Virus record (IMG/VR): IMGVR_UViG_3300022555_000011
Location: 83,381-147,380 of that record
DNA from: a virus
Taxonomy: Duplodnaviria > Heunggongvirae > Uroviricota > Caudoviricetes
Strand: one strand, 5' to 3'
DNA: 64,000 nucleotides
The notes under the pieces were generated by a model. That model did no database searches. It worked only from the letters and a program-made list of their open reading frames with translations, and was not told where the DNA came from. Both the position numbers and the translations under genes were made by a program. This document shows positions 18,311 through 26,500 of this stretch, piece after piece (the stretch's first letter is position 1; each line of letters starts with the position of its first letter).

Positions 18311-19210
18311 TTGACTTCAACTTTTTTTATATATAGTAATAAAATATGTATGGAAAATATGGAAAATAAAAAATGTCTTAATTGTGGTTGTTCACTAACA
18401 TATGAAAAAAGAAATAATAAATTTTGTGGAAGTTCATGTGCCGCTATTTTTAATAATAAAAATAGAAAAGGTAAATATGTTTATAATTTAAGTGAAACTG
18501 GATTAAATAACATTATTGAATCTAATAAAATTAATTTTCTTAAAAAAAGAAAACCTAAATTGTGCAAAAATTGTCAAAGTCCTTTTTATAACGAAAAAGG
18601 TGAAAAATTAAATTTTTGTTCTGATGATTGTAAAAAAGAATATAAAAAAGAAATTAAAGTTATTTCTGATGAAACTAAACAAAAGTTATCTAGTTCTTTG
18701 AAAAATTTTTATAAAACAGATGAAGGTGAAATAAATAAACAGAAATTAAGTTTATTATATATTGGAAAAATTTTTTCTGATGAATCTAAATTAAAATTAA
18801 GTATATCTGCTAAAAATAGATGTGAAGATATTAATGAAAGAATAAGATTGAGAGAAATCGGTAGAAAAGGAGGATTTGGTAAGAGTGGCTATACTATTAA
18901 TGGTATTTATTATCAGAGTACTTTTGAAAAAAAATGTTTTGAGTTTTTAGAAGAAAATAAAATAGAGTTTGAACCTCATAAGAGTTTGCCAGATTCTAGC
19001 AAAATATGTGATATATATTTTTCAGATAAAAATATATGGATTGAATTGGATGGAATTAATAGAGAAAAAAGAAAAAAATGGTTAAGTAAAGAATATAATT
19101 ATTGGTTAGATAAATTGAATGAATATAAAGAAAAAAAATTAGATTTTAAAATTTTTTATAATTATAATGAATTTATAGATTTTTTAAATACAAATGTCCC
19201 CATCGCTTAG
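18311..19210 (+). CDS. homing endonuclease: N-terminal zinc ribbon plus PD-(D/E)xK-like domain
   Basis: CLNCGCS...FCGSSCAAIFNN; ICDIYFSDKNIWIELDGINREK; stop TAG lies in downstream tRNA. Confidence 0.6.
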   Translation: MTSTFFIYSNKICMENMENKKCLNCGCSLTYEKRNNKFCGSSCAAIFNNKNRKGKYVYNLSETGLNNIIESNKINFLKKRKPKLCKNCQSPFYNEKGEKLNFCSDDCKKEYKKEIKVISDETKQKLSSSLKNFYKTDEGEINKQKLSLLYIGKIFSDESKLKLSISAKNRCEDINERIRLREIGRKGGFGKSGYTINGIYYQSTFEKKCFEFLEENKIEFEPHKSLPDSSKICDIYFSDKNIWIELDGINREKRKKWLSKEYNYWLDKLNEYKEKKLDFKIFYNYNEFIDFLNTNVPIA

Positions 19211-19271
19211 TTGGCTATAAAGCGTCTGTTTTACATGCAGAAGATCCAAGGTTCGAGTCCTTGTGGGGATA
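19196..19271 (+). tRNA. tRNA-Val(TAC) second copy, 5' 15 nt overlapped by endonuclease ORF
   Basis: GTCCCCA/TGGGGAT acceptor, same D-arm and anticodon arm as 18200..18275 (loop TTTACAT), T-loop TTCGAGT. Confidence 0.5.
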
Positions 19272-19280
19272 CAAATAAAT

Positions 19281-19354
19281 TTACGGATAGTTCAGTAGGT
19301 CAGAATACTTGTGTGACATGCAAGAGGTCGTGGGCTCGAATCCCACTCCGTAAA
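19281..19354 (+). tRNA. tRNA, anticodon loop GTGACAT (possibly Val-GAC)
   Basis: perfect acceptor TTACGGA/TCCGTAA, TAGTTCAGTAGGTCAGAAT D-arm, T-loop CTCGAAT. Confidence 0.4.
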
Positions 19355-19446
19355 CAAATTGTGATAAAATAATCAATATATTGTAATTTTTCTCACATTT
19401 TATATATTTTTTGAATATTTGTGATTTTTTTATCAATATATTTTAT

Positions 19447-19519
19447 GCAGTCTTAATATAGTTGGTTATTATTCTGGCTTTGTAACCCAGGTACGTGAGT
19501 TCGAATCTCACAGTCTGCT
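19447..19519 (+). tRNA. tRNA-Thr(TGT), class I
   Basis: acceptor GCAGTCT/AGTCTGC (1 mismatch), anticodon loop TTTGTAA, T-arm GTGAG-TTCGAAT-CTCAC. Confidence 0.45.
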
Positions 19520-19539
19520 CAAAAACTATTTTAATTTAC

Positions 19540-19610
19540 GCTTCTGTAATTTAATGTAAAATGCCGAATTCGTAACTCGGAGAATGCAAGTTCAAGACTT
19601 GTCAGAAGCT
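19540..19610 (+). tRNA. tRNA-Thr(CGT)-like with AT-rich D-arm lacking GG
   Basis: perfect acceptor GCTTCTG/CAGAAGC, anticodon loop TTCGTAA, T-loop TTCAAGA. Confidence 0.35.
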
Positions 19611-19623
19611 CAAAAACAAACAA

Positions 19624-19703
19624 CGAGGTTTTGGGGAGTCAGGTCACCCCGCCACATTTGGGATGTGGAGCAATTATCGCAGGTTCGAATCCTGCAACCT
19701 CGA
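19624..19703 (+). tRNA. tRNA-Pro(TGG) with 10-nt variable region
   Basis: CGAGGTT/AACCTCG acceptor, D-arm GGGG-AGTCAGGTCA-CCCC, anticodon arm CCACA-TTTGGGA-TGTGG, T-arm GCAGG-TTCGAAT-CCTGC, discriminator A. Confidence 0.55.
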
Positions 19704-19758
19704 CAATATTTAGGTTCAAATAGTATAAACTTGATATATTTTTATTACTATATACTAT

Positions 19759-20598
19759 ATGAATAATTATTTAGGATCAAAAGAGCATAAAGACAATGCA
19801 AGAAATTCAATTTTATTAGGATTAAAAAAATTAAAAGAATTAAAGGTAGAAAGAATTAAAAAATATTATTCCGAGCCATCTTTTTGTTTATGTTGTGATA
19901 AAGTATTAAGTTATGAAAAGAAGAATAATAAATTTTGCTCTAGTTCATGCTCTGCAAGTTATAATAATAAAGGACGAATAGTATCAGATGAGCAAAAAAA
20001 GAAAGTAAGTTTAAGTTTATCTGGCATTAAAAGAAACGAAAAATTAAGCGAAAATATTAAGGAACATAAAAGAATATGTTCATATTGCAAAAAAGAGTTC
20101 ATAGTATGGAGACTTAATAACAATACTTTATCACATAGTAAGCATTGTAGTTCTGGTTGTACTAATTCCAGTATGAAAGAAAAAGTTAGTTTGATAATAA
20201 AAGAAAAAGTTAAGAATGGAACACATAAAGGCTGGCAAAGTAGAAATATTGAAAGTTATCCAGAGAAATTTTTTAAGATAGTTTTAGAAAATAATGGGAT
20301 AAAATATAAATTCAATAAAGTTATTTCAAAAAGAAGTTTAGGTTTAGATTGTGATGCTAATTATTTTTTAGATTTTTATCTGAAAGATAAAAATATAGAT
20401 TTAGAAATAGATGGAAAGCAACATAATTATGAGGATAGAATAGAAAATGATGAATTAAGAGATTTTACATTGATAAAAAATGGATTTATAGTGTATAGAA
20501 TAAAGTGGAAAGAAATACAAACAAATGACGGTAAAAATTACATAAAAAATGAAATTGATAAGTTTTTAGAATTTTATAATAATGCCTTCTTCGCATAG
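19759..20598 (+). CDS. homing endonuclease: N-terminal zinc ribbon plus PD-(D/E)xK-like domain
   Basis: CLCCDK...FCSSSCSASYNN; LDFYLKDKNIDLEIDGKQH; stop TAG lies in downstream tRNA. Confidence 0.6.
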   Translation: MNNYLGSKEHKDNARNSILLGLKKLKELKVERIKKYYSEPSFCLCCDKVLSYEKKNNKFCSSSCSASYNNKGRIVSDEQKKKVSLSLSGIKRNEKLSENIKEHKRICSYCKKEFIVWRLNNNTLSHSKHCSSGCTNSSMKEKVSLIIKEKVKNGTHKGWQSRNIESYPEKFFKIVLENNGIKYKFNKVISKRSLGLDCDANYFLDFYLKDKNIDLEIDGKQHNYEDRIENDELRDFTLIKNGFIVYRIKWKEIQTNDGKNYIKNEIDKFLEFYNNAFFA

Positions 20599-20668
20599 CG
20601 GTCGATTGCACCTGACTTGTAATCAGGATCTGAATTAAGACACGTCGGTTCGAATCCGACAGAAGGCT
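20584..20668 (+). tRNA. tRNA with Thr(TGT) anticodon and class-II architecture (16-nt variable arm)
   Basis: perfect stems: GCCTTCT/AGAAGGC, D-arm GCA-TAGCGGTCGAT-TGC, CCTGA-CTTGTAA-TCAGG, GTCGG-TTCGAAT-CCGAC. Confidence 0.5.
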
Positions 20669-20674
20669 CAAAAT

Positions 20675-20746
20675 GGCTTCATAATTTAAGGGATAAAATT
20701 CGGGATTTCTAATCCCGCCATCTGAGTTCGAGTCTCAGTGAGGCTA
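20675..20746 (+). tRNA. tRNA-Arg(TCT)
   Basis: D-stem ATTT/AAAT, anticodon arm CGGGA-TTTCTAA-TCCCG, T-arm CTGAG-TTCGAGT-CTCAG. Confidence 0.55.
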
Positions 20747-20753
20747 CTATAAC

Positions 20754-20825
20754 GCAGAAGAAGCTCATTAGGTCGAGTAGGAGATTTCAATCTTCAGGTA
20801 GCGAGTTCGAATCTCGTCTTCTGCT
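20754..20825 (+). tRNA. tRNA-like with irregular anticodon arm (loop TTTCAA(T); TCA or TTC?)
   Basis: perfect acceptor GCAGAAG/CTTCTGC, D-arm GCTC-ATTAGGTC-GAGT, T-arm GCGAG-TTCGAAT-CTCGT. Confidence 0.35.
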
Positions 20826-20880
20826 CAAAAATATGTCGGGAACGGGAACGCACTGCTGGCGAGCAGCCCGCCGACACCAT

Positions 20881-20959
20881 GCACCTGTAATGGCGGAGTT
20901 TCCTAAACTCTATGTGCATAACGGAATGAAAAATGTGGGTTCGAATCCCATCTGGTGCC
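20881..20959 (+). tRNA. tRNA-like element B (paralog of 16400..16478)
   Basis: T-arm GTGGG-TTCGAAT-CCCAT, acceptor GCACCTG/CTGGTGC with T:T mismatch at same position as element A. Confidence 0.3.
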
Positions 20960-21047
20960 CAATTCTAAATCTTAAATTAATCTCTCTAAAAATATTAAAC
21001 TTTTATATTTTTTTAATTTATAATATTTTATAAATAAATTTTCAAAA

Positions 21048-21995
21048 ATGAGAGAGATAATTTTTAAAAACACAAAATTGAAGCCAATTGTACAGCAAAC
21101 TGAATATGGTCATGAGTGTACATTTGAAACCCTGTTCTTTGATGAAAGTAATCCTGATCTTATACGTGGCAAATTTAGTGATATTGTATTAAACAATATT
21201 TCTGGATCTGTATTGCATAGAAATTATGTTGAATATCTTAAAATAGCATATAATAATGATTATGGTATAGTTATTAGTCCTAATCATATTTGGTTCACAA
21301 TTCTTTGTAGTTTGGCAAAAATTATTAAAGATGATGCTGATCTATTTAAGAAGTTTTTTACCAAATCAGAAAAAGAAGAAAAAACAATAGTTGAGTTAAA
21401 AGAAGGTGGAGTAAGTATGATTGAGATGCCAATTGAAAAAATGATGGATTTAATTCTTAAACAATTACCATCTAAAATAAAAAAATCATATATTTTACCA
21501 AAAATTAGTACCACTACACCAGAATTTGAATTGGCTTGTGCAACTGCGTTTCTTGATACTTGTTCTCCTTATTATGATTATCGTTTTTATGGTTGTGGTT
21601 ATAATAAAATAAAAATTCTTGGCACAAAAAAGGATTATGAAGTTTTATCTAAATCATTTAATGATTTGATTAATAAACTTATTCCAGGACATTACAAGAT
21701 TGATAAGATAAATAAATTTTATGATTCTGTAAGTGAAACATTTCATAAAATTGATAGAAATTATGATGATGATAAATTTTGGGAAAGAATTCTTTGGACA
21801 GAATATGGATATATATCACAAAATTTAGATGGTTGGATTATGCCTTTGCAATTGCGTGATGCTCATTATGCAATTTGTGAATATACAGAAATATTATCAA
21901 ATAAAAAATATGCTTTTAGCACTGGTATATTTTCTTCAAAAATTGAGGATGGATATTTAATTCCTGAATTTGAAAAATTTATAGTGAGTTTATGA
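21048..21995 (+). CDS. hypothetical protein
   Basis: 315-aa ORF. Confidence 0.5.
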   Translation: MREIIFKNTKLKPIVQQTEYGHECTFETLFFDESNPDLIRGKFSDIVLNNISGSVLHRNYVEYLKIAYNNDYGIVISPNHIWFTILCSLAKIIKDDADLFKKFFTKSEKEEKTIVELKEGGVSMIEMPIEKMMDLILKQLPSKIKKSYILPKISTTTPEFELACATAFLDTCSPYYDYRFYGCGYNKIKILGTKKDYEVLSKSFNDLINKLIPGHYKIDKINKFYDSVSETFHKIDRNYDDDKFWERILWTEYGYISQNLDGWIMPLQLRDAHYAICEYTEILSNKKYAFSTGIFSSKIEDGYLIPEFEKFIVSL

Positions 21996-22171
21996 CAGAT
22001 AAAATACGCAATATTATTTTGATTATATTATTTATTATTGGAATTTTAGCAGTAATATTGATTGCTACGCTTGTTGAAATTCTTGCTGATATAGGAGCAG
22101 TTATTATTATTTTTTCTGGGTTTGCTGCATTTTTTGTGTTGCATTGGGATTGGTTTTCTAAGAAAAAATAA
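21992..22171 (+). CDS. small two-TM membrane protein (59 aa), not in ORF track
   Basis: hand translation MTDKIRNIILIILFIIGILAVILIATLVEILADIGAVIIIFSGFAAFFVLHWDWFSKKK; ATGA overlap. Confidence 0.4.
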   Translation: MTDKIRNIILIILFIIGILAVILIATLVEILADIGAVIIIFSGFAAFFVLHWDWFSKKK

Positions 22172-22201
22172 AAACATAATTTAACTAAAAAAGCCTGAAA
22201 A

Positions 22202-22230
22202 CCCTGAATTAAACTTTCAGGGTTTTTTTA
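22202..22230 (+). terminator. intrinsic terminator (first of tandem pair)
   Basis: CCCTGAATTAAACTTTCAGGGTTTTTTT. Confidence 0.65.
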
Positions 22231-22287
22231 TTTCTGTAGGATTTGGATTTTTTGTTCACTAAAAATATTACAAAAATTTAACTAAAA

Positions 22288-22322
22288 AAGCCTGAAAATA
22301 ATTCATTTTCAGGCTTTTTTTG
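22288..22322 (+). terminator. intrinsic terminator (second of tandem pair)
   Basis: AGCCTGAAAATAATTCATTTTCAGGCTTTTTTT. Confidence 0.65.
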
Positions 22323-23432
22323 TACTTATTGTATTTTTTATTTTTATATATAAAAGTAAAAACTACGGTGAAAAATTACAAAGAGAAAAAGGTATTGTTT
22401 ATACTAAAGAAGAGAGAAGATTACGGTCCTAAACATCATGATCATAAAAGTTTAAGTACTGGTTTATATAATTCTGCAAGATTTGTTAATGAGATGTTGG
22501 TTGAGAATGGTATTAATTCTCATATGGTTGTTGTTAATGATAATAATGATATTGATAGAGAGGTTACTAAACATAGACCAACTCATGTTGTTATTGAAGC
22601 ACTTTGGGTCGTGCCAGAAAAATTCGCAATTTTACATAAACTTCATCCTAATGTTAAATGGATAATAAGAATGCACAGTGAGATTCCATTTATAGCAAAT
22701 GAAGGAAATGCGATGACTTGGTTGGGTGAATATGTTAAATATGAAAATGTTAGTATTGCATTTAATGCAAAAAGAATCTTAAAAGATTTTAAATTTTACA
22801 TTAAAACAGAAATGAGTTGGTCAGAAAAAGAAGTTGATCATAGAGTATTATATTTTCCAAATTATTTTCCACAAGATTATAAGGTAAAAAAATATGATAA
22901 AAAGAAAGAAGTCCTTAATGTTGCTTGTTTTGGAGCTGTTAGACCTTTAAAGAATCATTTGAATCAGGCATTAGCTGCATTAAGGTTTGCAGAATCTCTT
23001 GGTAAGCATCTACATTTCCACATTAATGTTGGAAGGTTTGAAATGAAGGGAGATCCAGTTTATAAGAATTTGAAGGGTATGTTTGATCAACTTTCAAATA
23101 GTCATCATAAGTTAATTGAGCATGAATGGATGCCTAGAGAAGTTTTTTTAGAATTATGTGAAAAAATGGATATTGGAATGCAGGTTTCTTTTTCTGAAAC
23201 TTTTAATATTGTTGGCTGTGATTTGATTAGTCAGGGTGTTCCATTAATTGGATCTGCTGAAATTGTTTGGATGAATAAGTTATATATGGCTGATCCGACT
23301 AGTACTGATTGTATGGTTAATAAATTAAAACGTTTATATTTTCATCCATATTTTAATGTTATAACAAATCAACTATTATTAACTCGTTATACTAATACAT
23401 CTAAAAATATTTGGGTTAGTTATTTTAAGTAA
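22320..23432 (+). CDS. hypothetical protein, possibly glycosyltransferase-like (true start probably downstream of 22320)
   Basis: ORF track; N-terminal 15 aa read through terminator T-run. Confidence 0.35.
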   Translation: MYLLYFLFLYIKVKTTVKNYKEKKVLFILKKREDYGPKHHDHKSLSTGLYNSARFVNEMLVENGINSHMVVVNDNNDIDREVTKHRPTHVVIEALWVVPEKFAILHKLHPNVKWIIRMHSEIPFIANEGNAMTWLGEYVKYENVSIAFNAKRILKDFKFYIKTEMSWSEKEVDHRVLYFPNYFPQDYKVKKYDKKKEVLNVACFGAVRPLKNHLNQALAALRFAESLGKHLHFHINVGRFEMKGDPVYKNLKGMFDQLSNSHHKLIEHEWMPREVFLELCEKMDIGMQVSFSETFNIVGCDLISQGVPLIGSAEIVWMNKLYMADPTSTDCMVNKLKRLYFHPYFNVITNQLLLTRYTNTSKNIWVSYFK

Positions 23433-23452
23433 AATGTATTTATCATTATAGA

Positions 23453-23482
23453 AAAGCCTGGAAAAATTTTCAGGCTTTTTCT
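23453..23482 (+). terminator. intrinsic terminator
   Basis: AAGCCTGGAAAAATTTTCAGGCTTTTT. Confidence 0.6.
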
Positions 23483-23532
23483 GTTTTCTGTTTTTAGAAA
23501 ATTATATATATGTTTATAAAATAAGGTGAAAC

Positions 23533-26500
23533 ATGAGCGAATGGATTTTACAGTATGAAGAAGGTGAACCAATAAGAAGGAAATTAAATGAATTAAAAAG
23601 CACTGTTGATTTTATAGTTGCATCTGGTCTTACTTATACTTCTGGTACTTCTGGAACATCAGGTTCTGATGGAACTTCTGGTACATCTGGCACATCTGGT
23701 ACATCTGGCACATCTGGTACATCTGGTAAAGATGGTGTTTTTTTAGGAAGTTCAGGAAGTTCAGGCTTGTCTGGTGTTGATGGAACTTCAGGAACATCAG
23801 GCACGAATGGAACAGATGGAACATCAGGTACTAATGGGACGGATGGAACATCGGGCACTAACGGAACGGATGGTACATCGGGCACTAATGGAACTGATGG
23901 TACATCAGGTACTAACGGTACGAATGGAACGGATGGAACATCGGGCACTAACGGTACGAATGGAACTGATGGAACATCAGGCACAAATGGAACAGATGGA
24001 ACATCAGGCACGAATGGAACAGATGGAACATCAGGTACTAATGGGACGGATGGAACATCGGGCACTAACGGAACGGATGGAACATCGGGCACTAACGGTA
24101 CGAATGGAACGGATGGAACATCAGGTACTAACGGTACGAATGGAACGGATGGAACATCGGGCACTAACGGTACGAATGGAACGAATGGTACATCAGGCAC
24201 AAATGGTACATCTGGAACTAATGGTACATCAGGCACAAATGGTACATCTGGAACTAATGGTACATCAGGCACAAATGGTACATCTGGAACATCAGGAACG
24301 AATGGTACATCAGGCACGAATGGTACAAATGGTACAAATGGTACATCTGGAACGAATGGTACATCTGGAACGAATGGTACAAATGGTACATCTGGAACGA
24401 ATGGTACAAATGGTACAAATGGTACATCTGGAACGAATGGTACATCTGGAACGAATGGTACAAATGGCACATCTGGAACGAATGGCACAAATGGTACATC
24501 TGGAACGAATGGTACATCTGGAACGAATGGTACAAATGGTACATCTGGAACGAATGGTACATCTGGAACGAATGGTACAAATGGTACGAATGGTACAAAT
24601 GGTACATCTGGAACGAATGGTACATCAGGAACTTCAGGTGTTGGTATTTCTGGAACTAATGGAACATCAGGATCTTCTGGTATATCTTTAAATCCAAATG
24701 AATTAATAAATATACAATCAACTGGTGTATTGACTGGTGGTATTTTACAAATACCTTCAACTGGATCAACTGCTACATATTTTAATATAACAGATGGTAC
24801 TGGTTATATAATAAATAATTATACTGATCCATTAAATCCAATTAAAACTATTATAAGTTGGAGTGGATTAACAGGAATAACATCAGAATTTAGTTGGTTG
24901 GATGGTGAAGAATCAAATGTTGCAATTGATATAAATGGTAATGTTTTTCAACAAGTAAATCAATTTACAGATGCACAAAGAACAGATTTAATTGTATTAG
25001 GAACATTAGGACATTATGATGATGGTGGTGATATTGATTATGTTATACCAGAGCCAGTATCAATAACAGAGCCATTAGTTAAATTAGATAGTTTTTTACA
25101 AATGTTTGGCGCATTTAATGTTACTGGTAATGTTTTTTATGCTAATGGATCAAATTTAAATGTGAGTAAAACTGCTGGTGAGACATTTGATAATAATAAC
25201 AATTATTATATTGATAAAAAAACACCATCATTAGTTATTAGTGATTCGATATCAAAGTGTTGGTTTAATTATTATTTTAGAAGTGGTTCAACTTGGGAAT
25301 TTGGTGACTACACACAAAGCATTGACCCTAATAGATATGATACTGGAAATGGATTAACTGGTGTAACTGCTTCAGGATATACTATTCAAATGATATTCTA
25401 TTATGCTCCATTAGATAATGTTAGCCTAAATGTGGATATTCAATATGGTCAAAAGGTATATACTTCAAAAGAAAACGCTTTAGCAGATATAAATAATATA
25501 GTTGCAATTAATCCGTATTTAAATATGGATACATTTAGAGGATGGTTAATTGTTAAACAAGGTGCTACTGAGTTAAATAGTGATAATCAAGCAAGATTTA
25601 TTTCAGCAGGAAAGTTTGGTTTAGTGTCAAGTTCAACTGGAACAGGAGTAAGTGGAGGTATTACAACAGCTTCAAATATAGGTTTATATGGTCAAGGATT
25701 ATTTCACGATAAATTGGGTGTAGATTTAAGATTTAAAAATATAAATGCATATTCTGGTATAACAGTTATTGATAATCCTTCAAGTAATACATTGGATTTA
25801 TTTTTAACAAATATAAGTACTGGAACATCAGGCACATCAGGTACTAATGGTACATCTGGTACATCTGGAGTAGGAACTAATGGAACATCAGGTACATCTG
25901 GTGTTGGAACAAATGGAACATCAGGTACATCTGGTATAGGTATTTCTGGAACTAATGGAACATCAGGTACATCTGGAACTAACGGAACCTCAGGTACATC
26001 TGGAACTAACGGAACATCAGGCACATCTGGTATTTCTGGAACTAATGGAACTTCTGGCACAAATGGTACAAATGGAACTAATGGAACATCAGGTACATCT
26101 GGAGTAGGAACTAATGGAACATCTGGAACAAATGGAACATCAGGCACGTCTGGAGTAGGAACAAATGGAACATCAGGCACGTCTGGAGTAGGAACAAATG
26201 GAACATCAGGCACGTCTGGAGTAGGAACTAATGGAACAAATGGAACATCAGGTACATCTGGCGTTGGAACTAATGGAACATCAGGTACATCTGGAGTAGG
26301 AACATCTGGAACAAATGGAACATCAGGCACATCTGGTGTTGGAACAAATGGAACAAATGGAACATCAGGCACATCTGGTGTTGGAACAAATGGAACATCA
26401 GGTACATCAGGTGTAGGAACATCAGGAACTAATGGAACATCAGGAATAAATGGTGTTACTGGTGGTGTTACTATGTTATTTAGATTTAGTGGTTCTACAT

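Noticed and set aside
20754-20825. Genome-wide stop-codon reassignment suggested by a possible TCA-anticodon tRNA
   Set aside because: All large genes in the window are uninterrupted under the standard code, with no in-frame TGA-rich gaps. The anticodon loop itself is irregular. This is kept only as a low-confidence note.
23634-24691. Long ORFs 23634..24488(-), 23774..24691(+), 24254..24625(-), 23630..23824(-) and 25704..26372(-) with PDVPFVP, MEHQ or YHSFQM repeats
   Set aside because: They are alternative-frame and antisense read-throughs of the (GGT-ACN-TCN)n collagen-like repeat of gene 23533..27186. They are repeat-driven artefacts.
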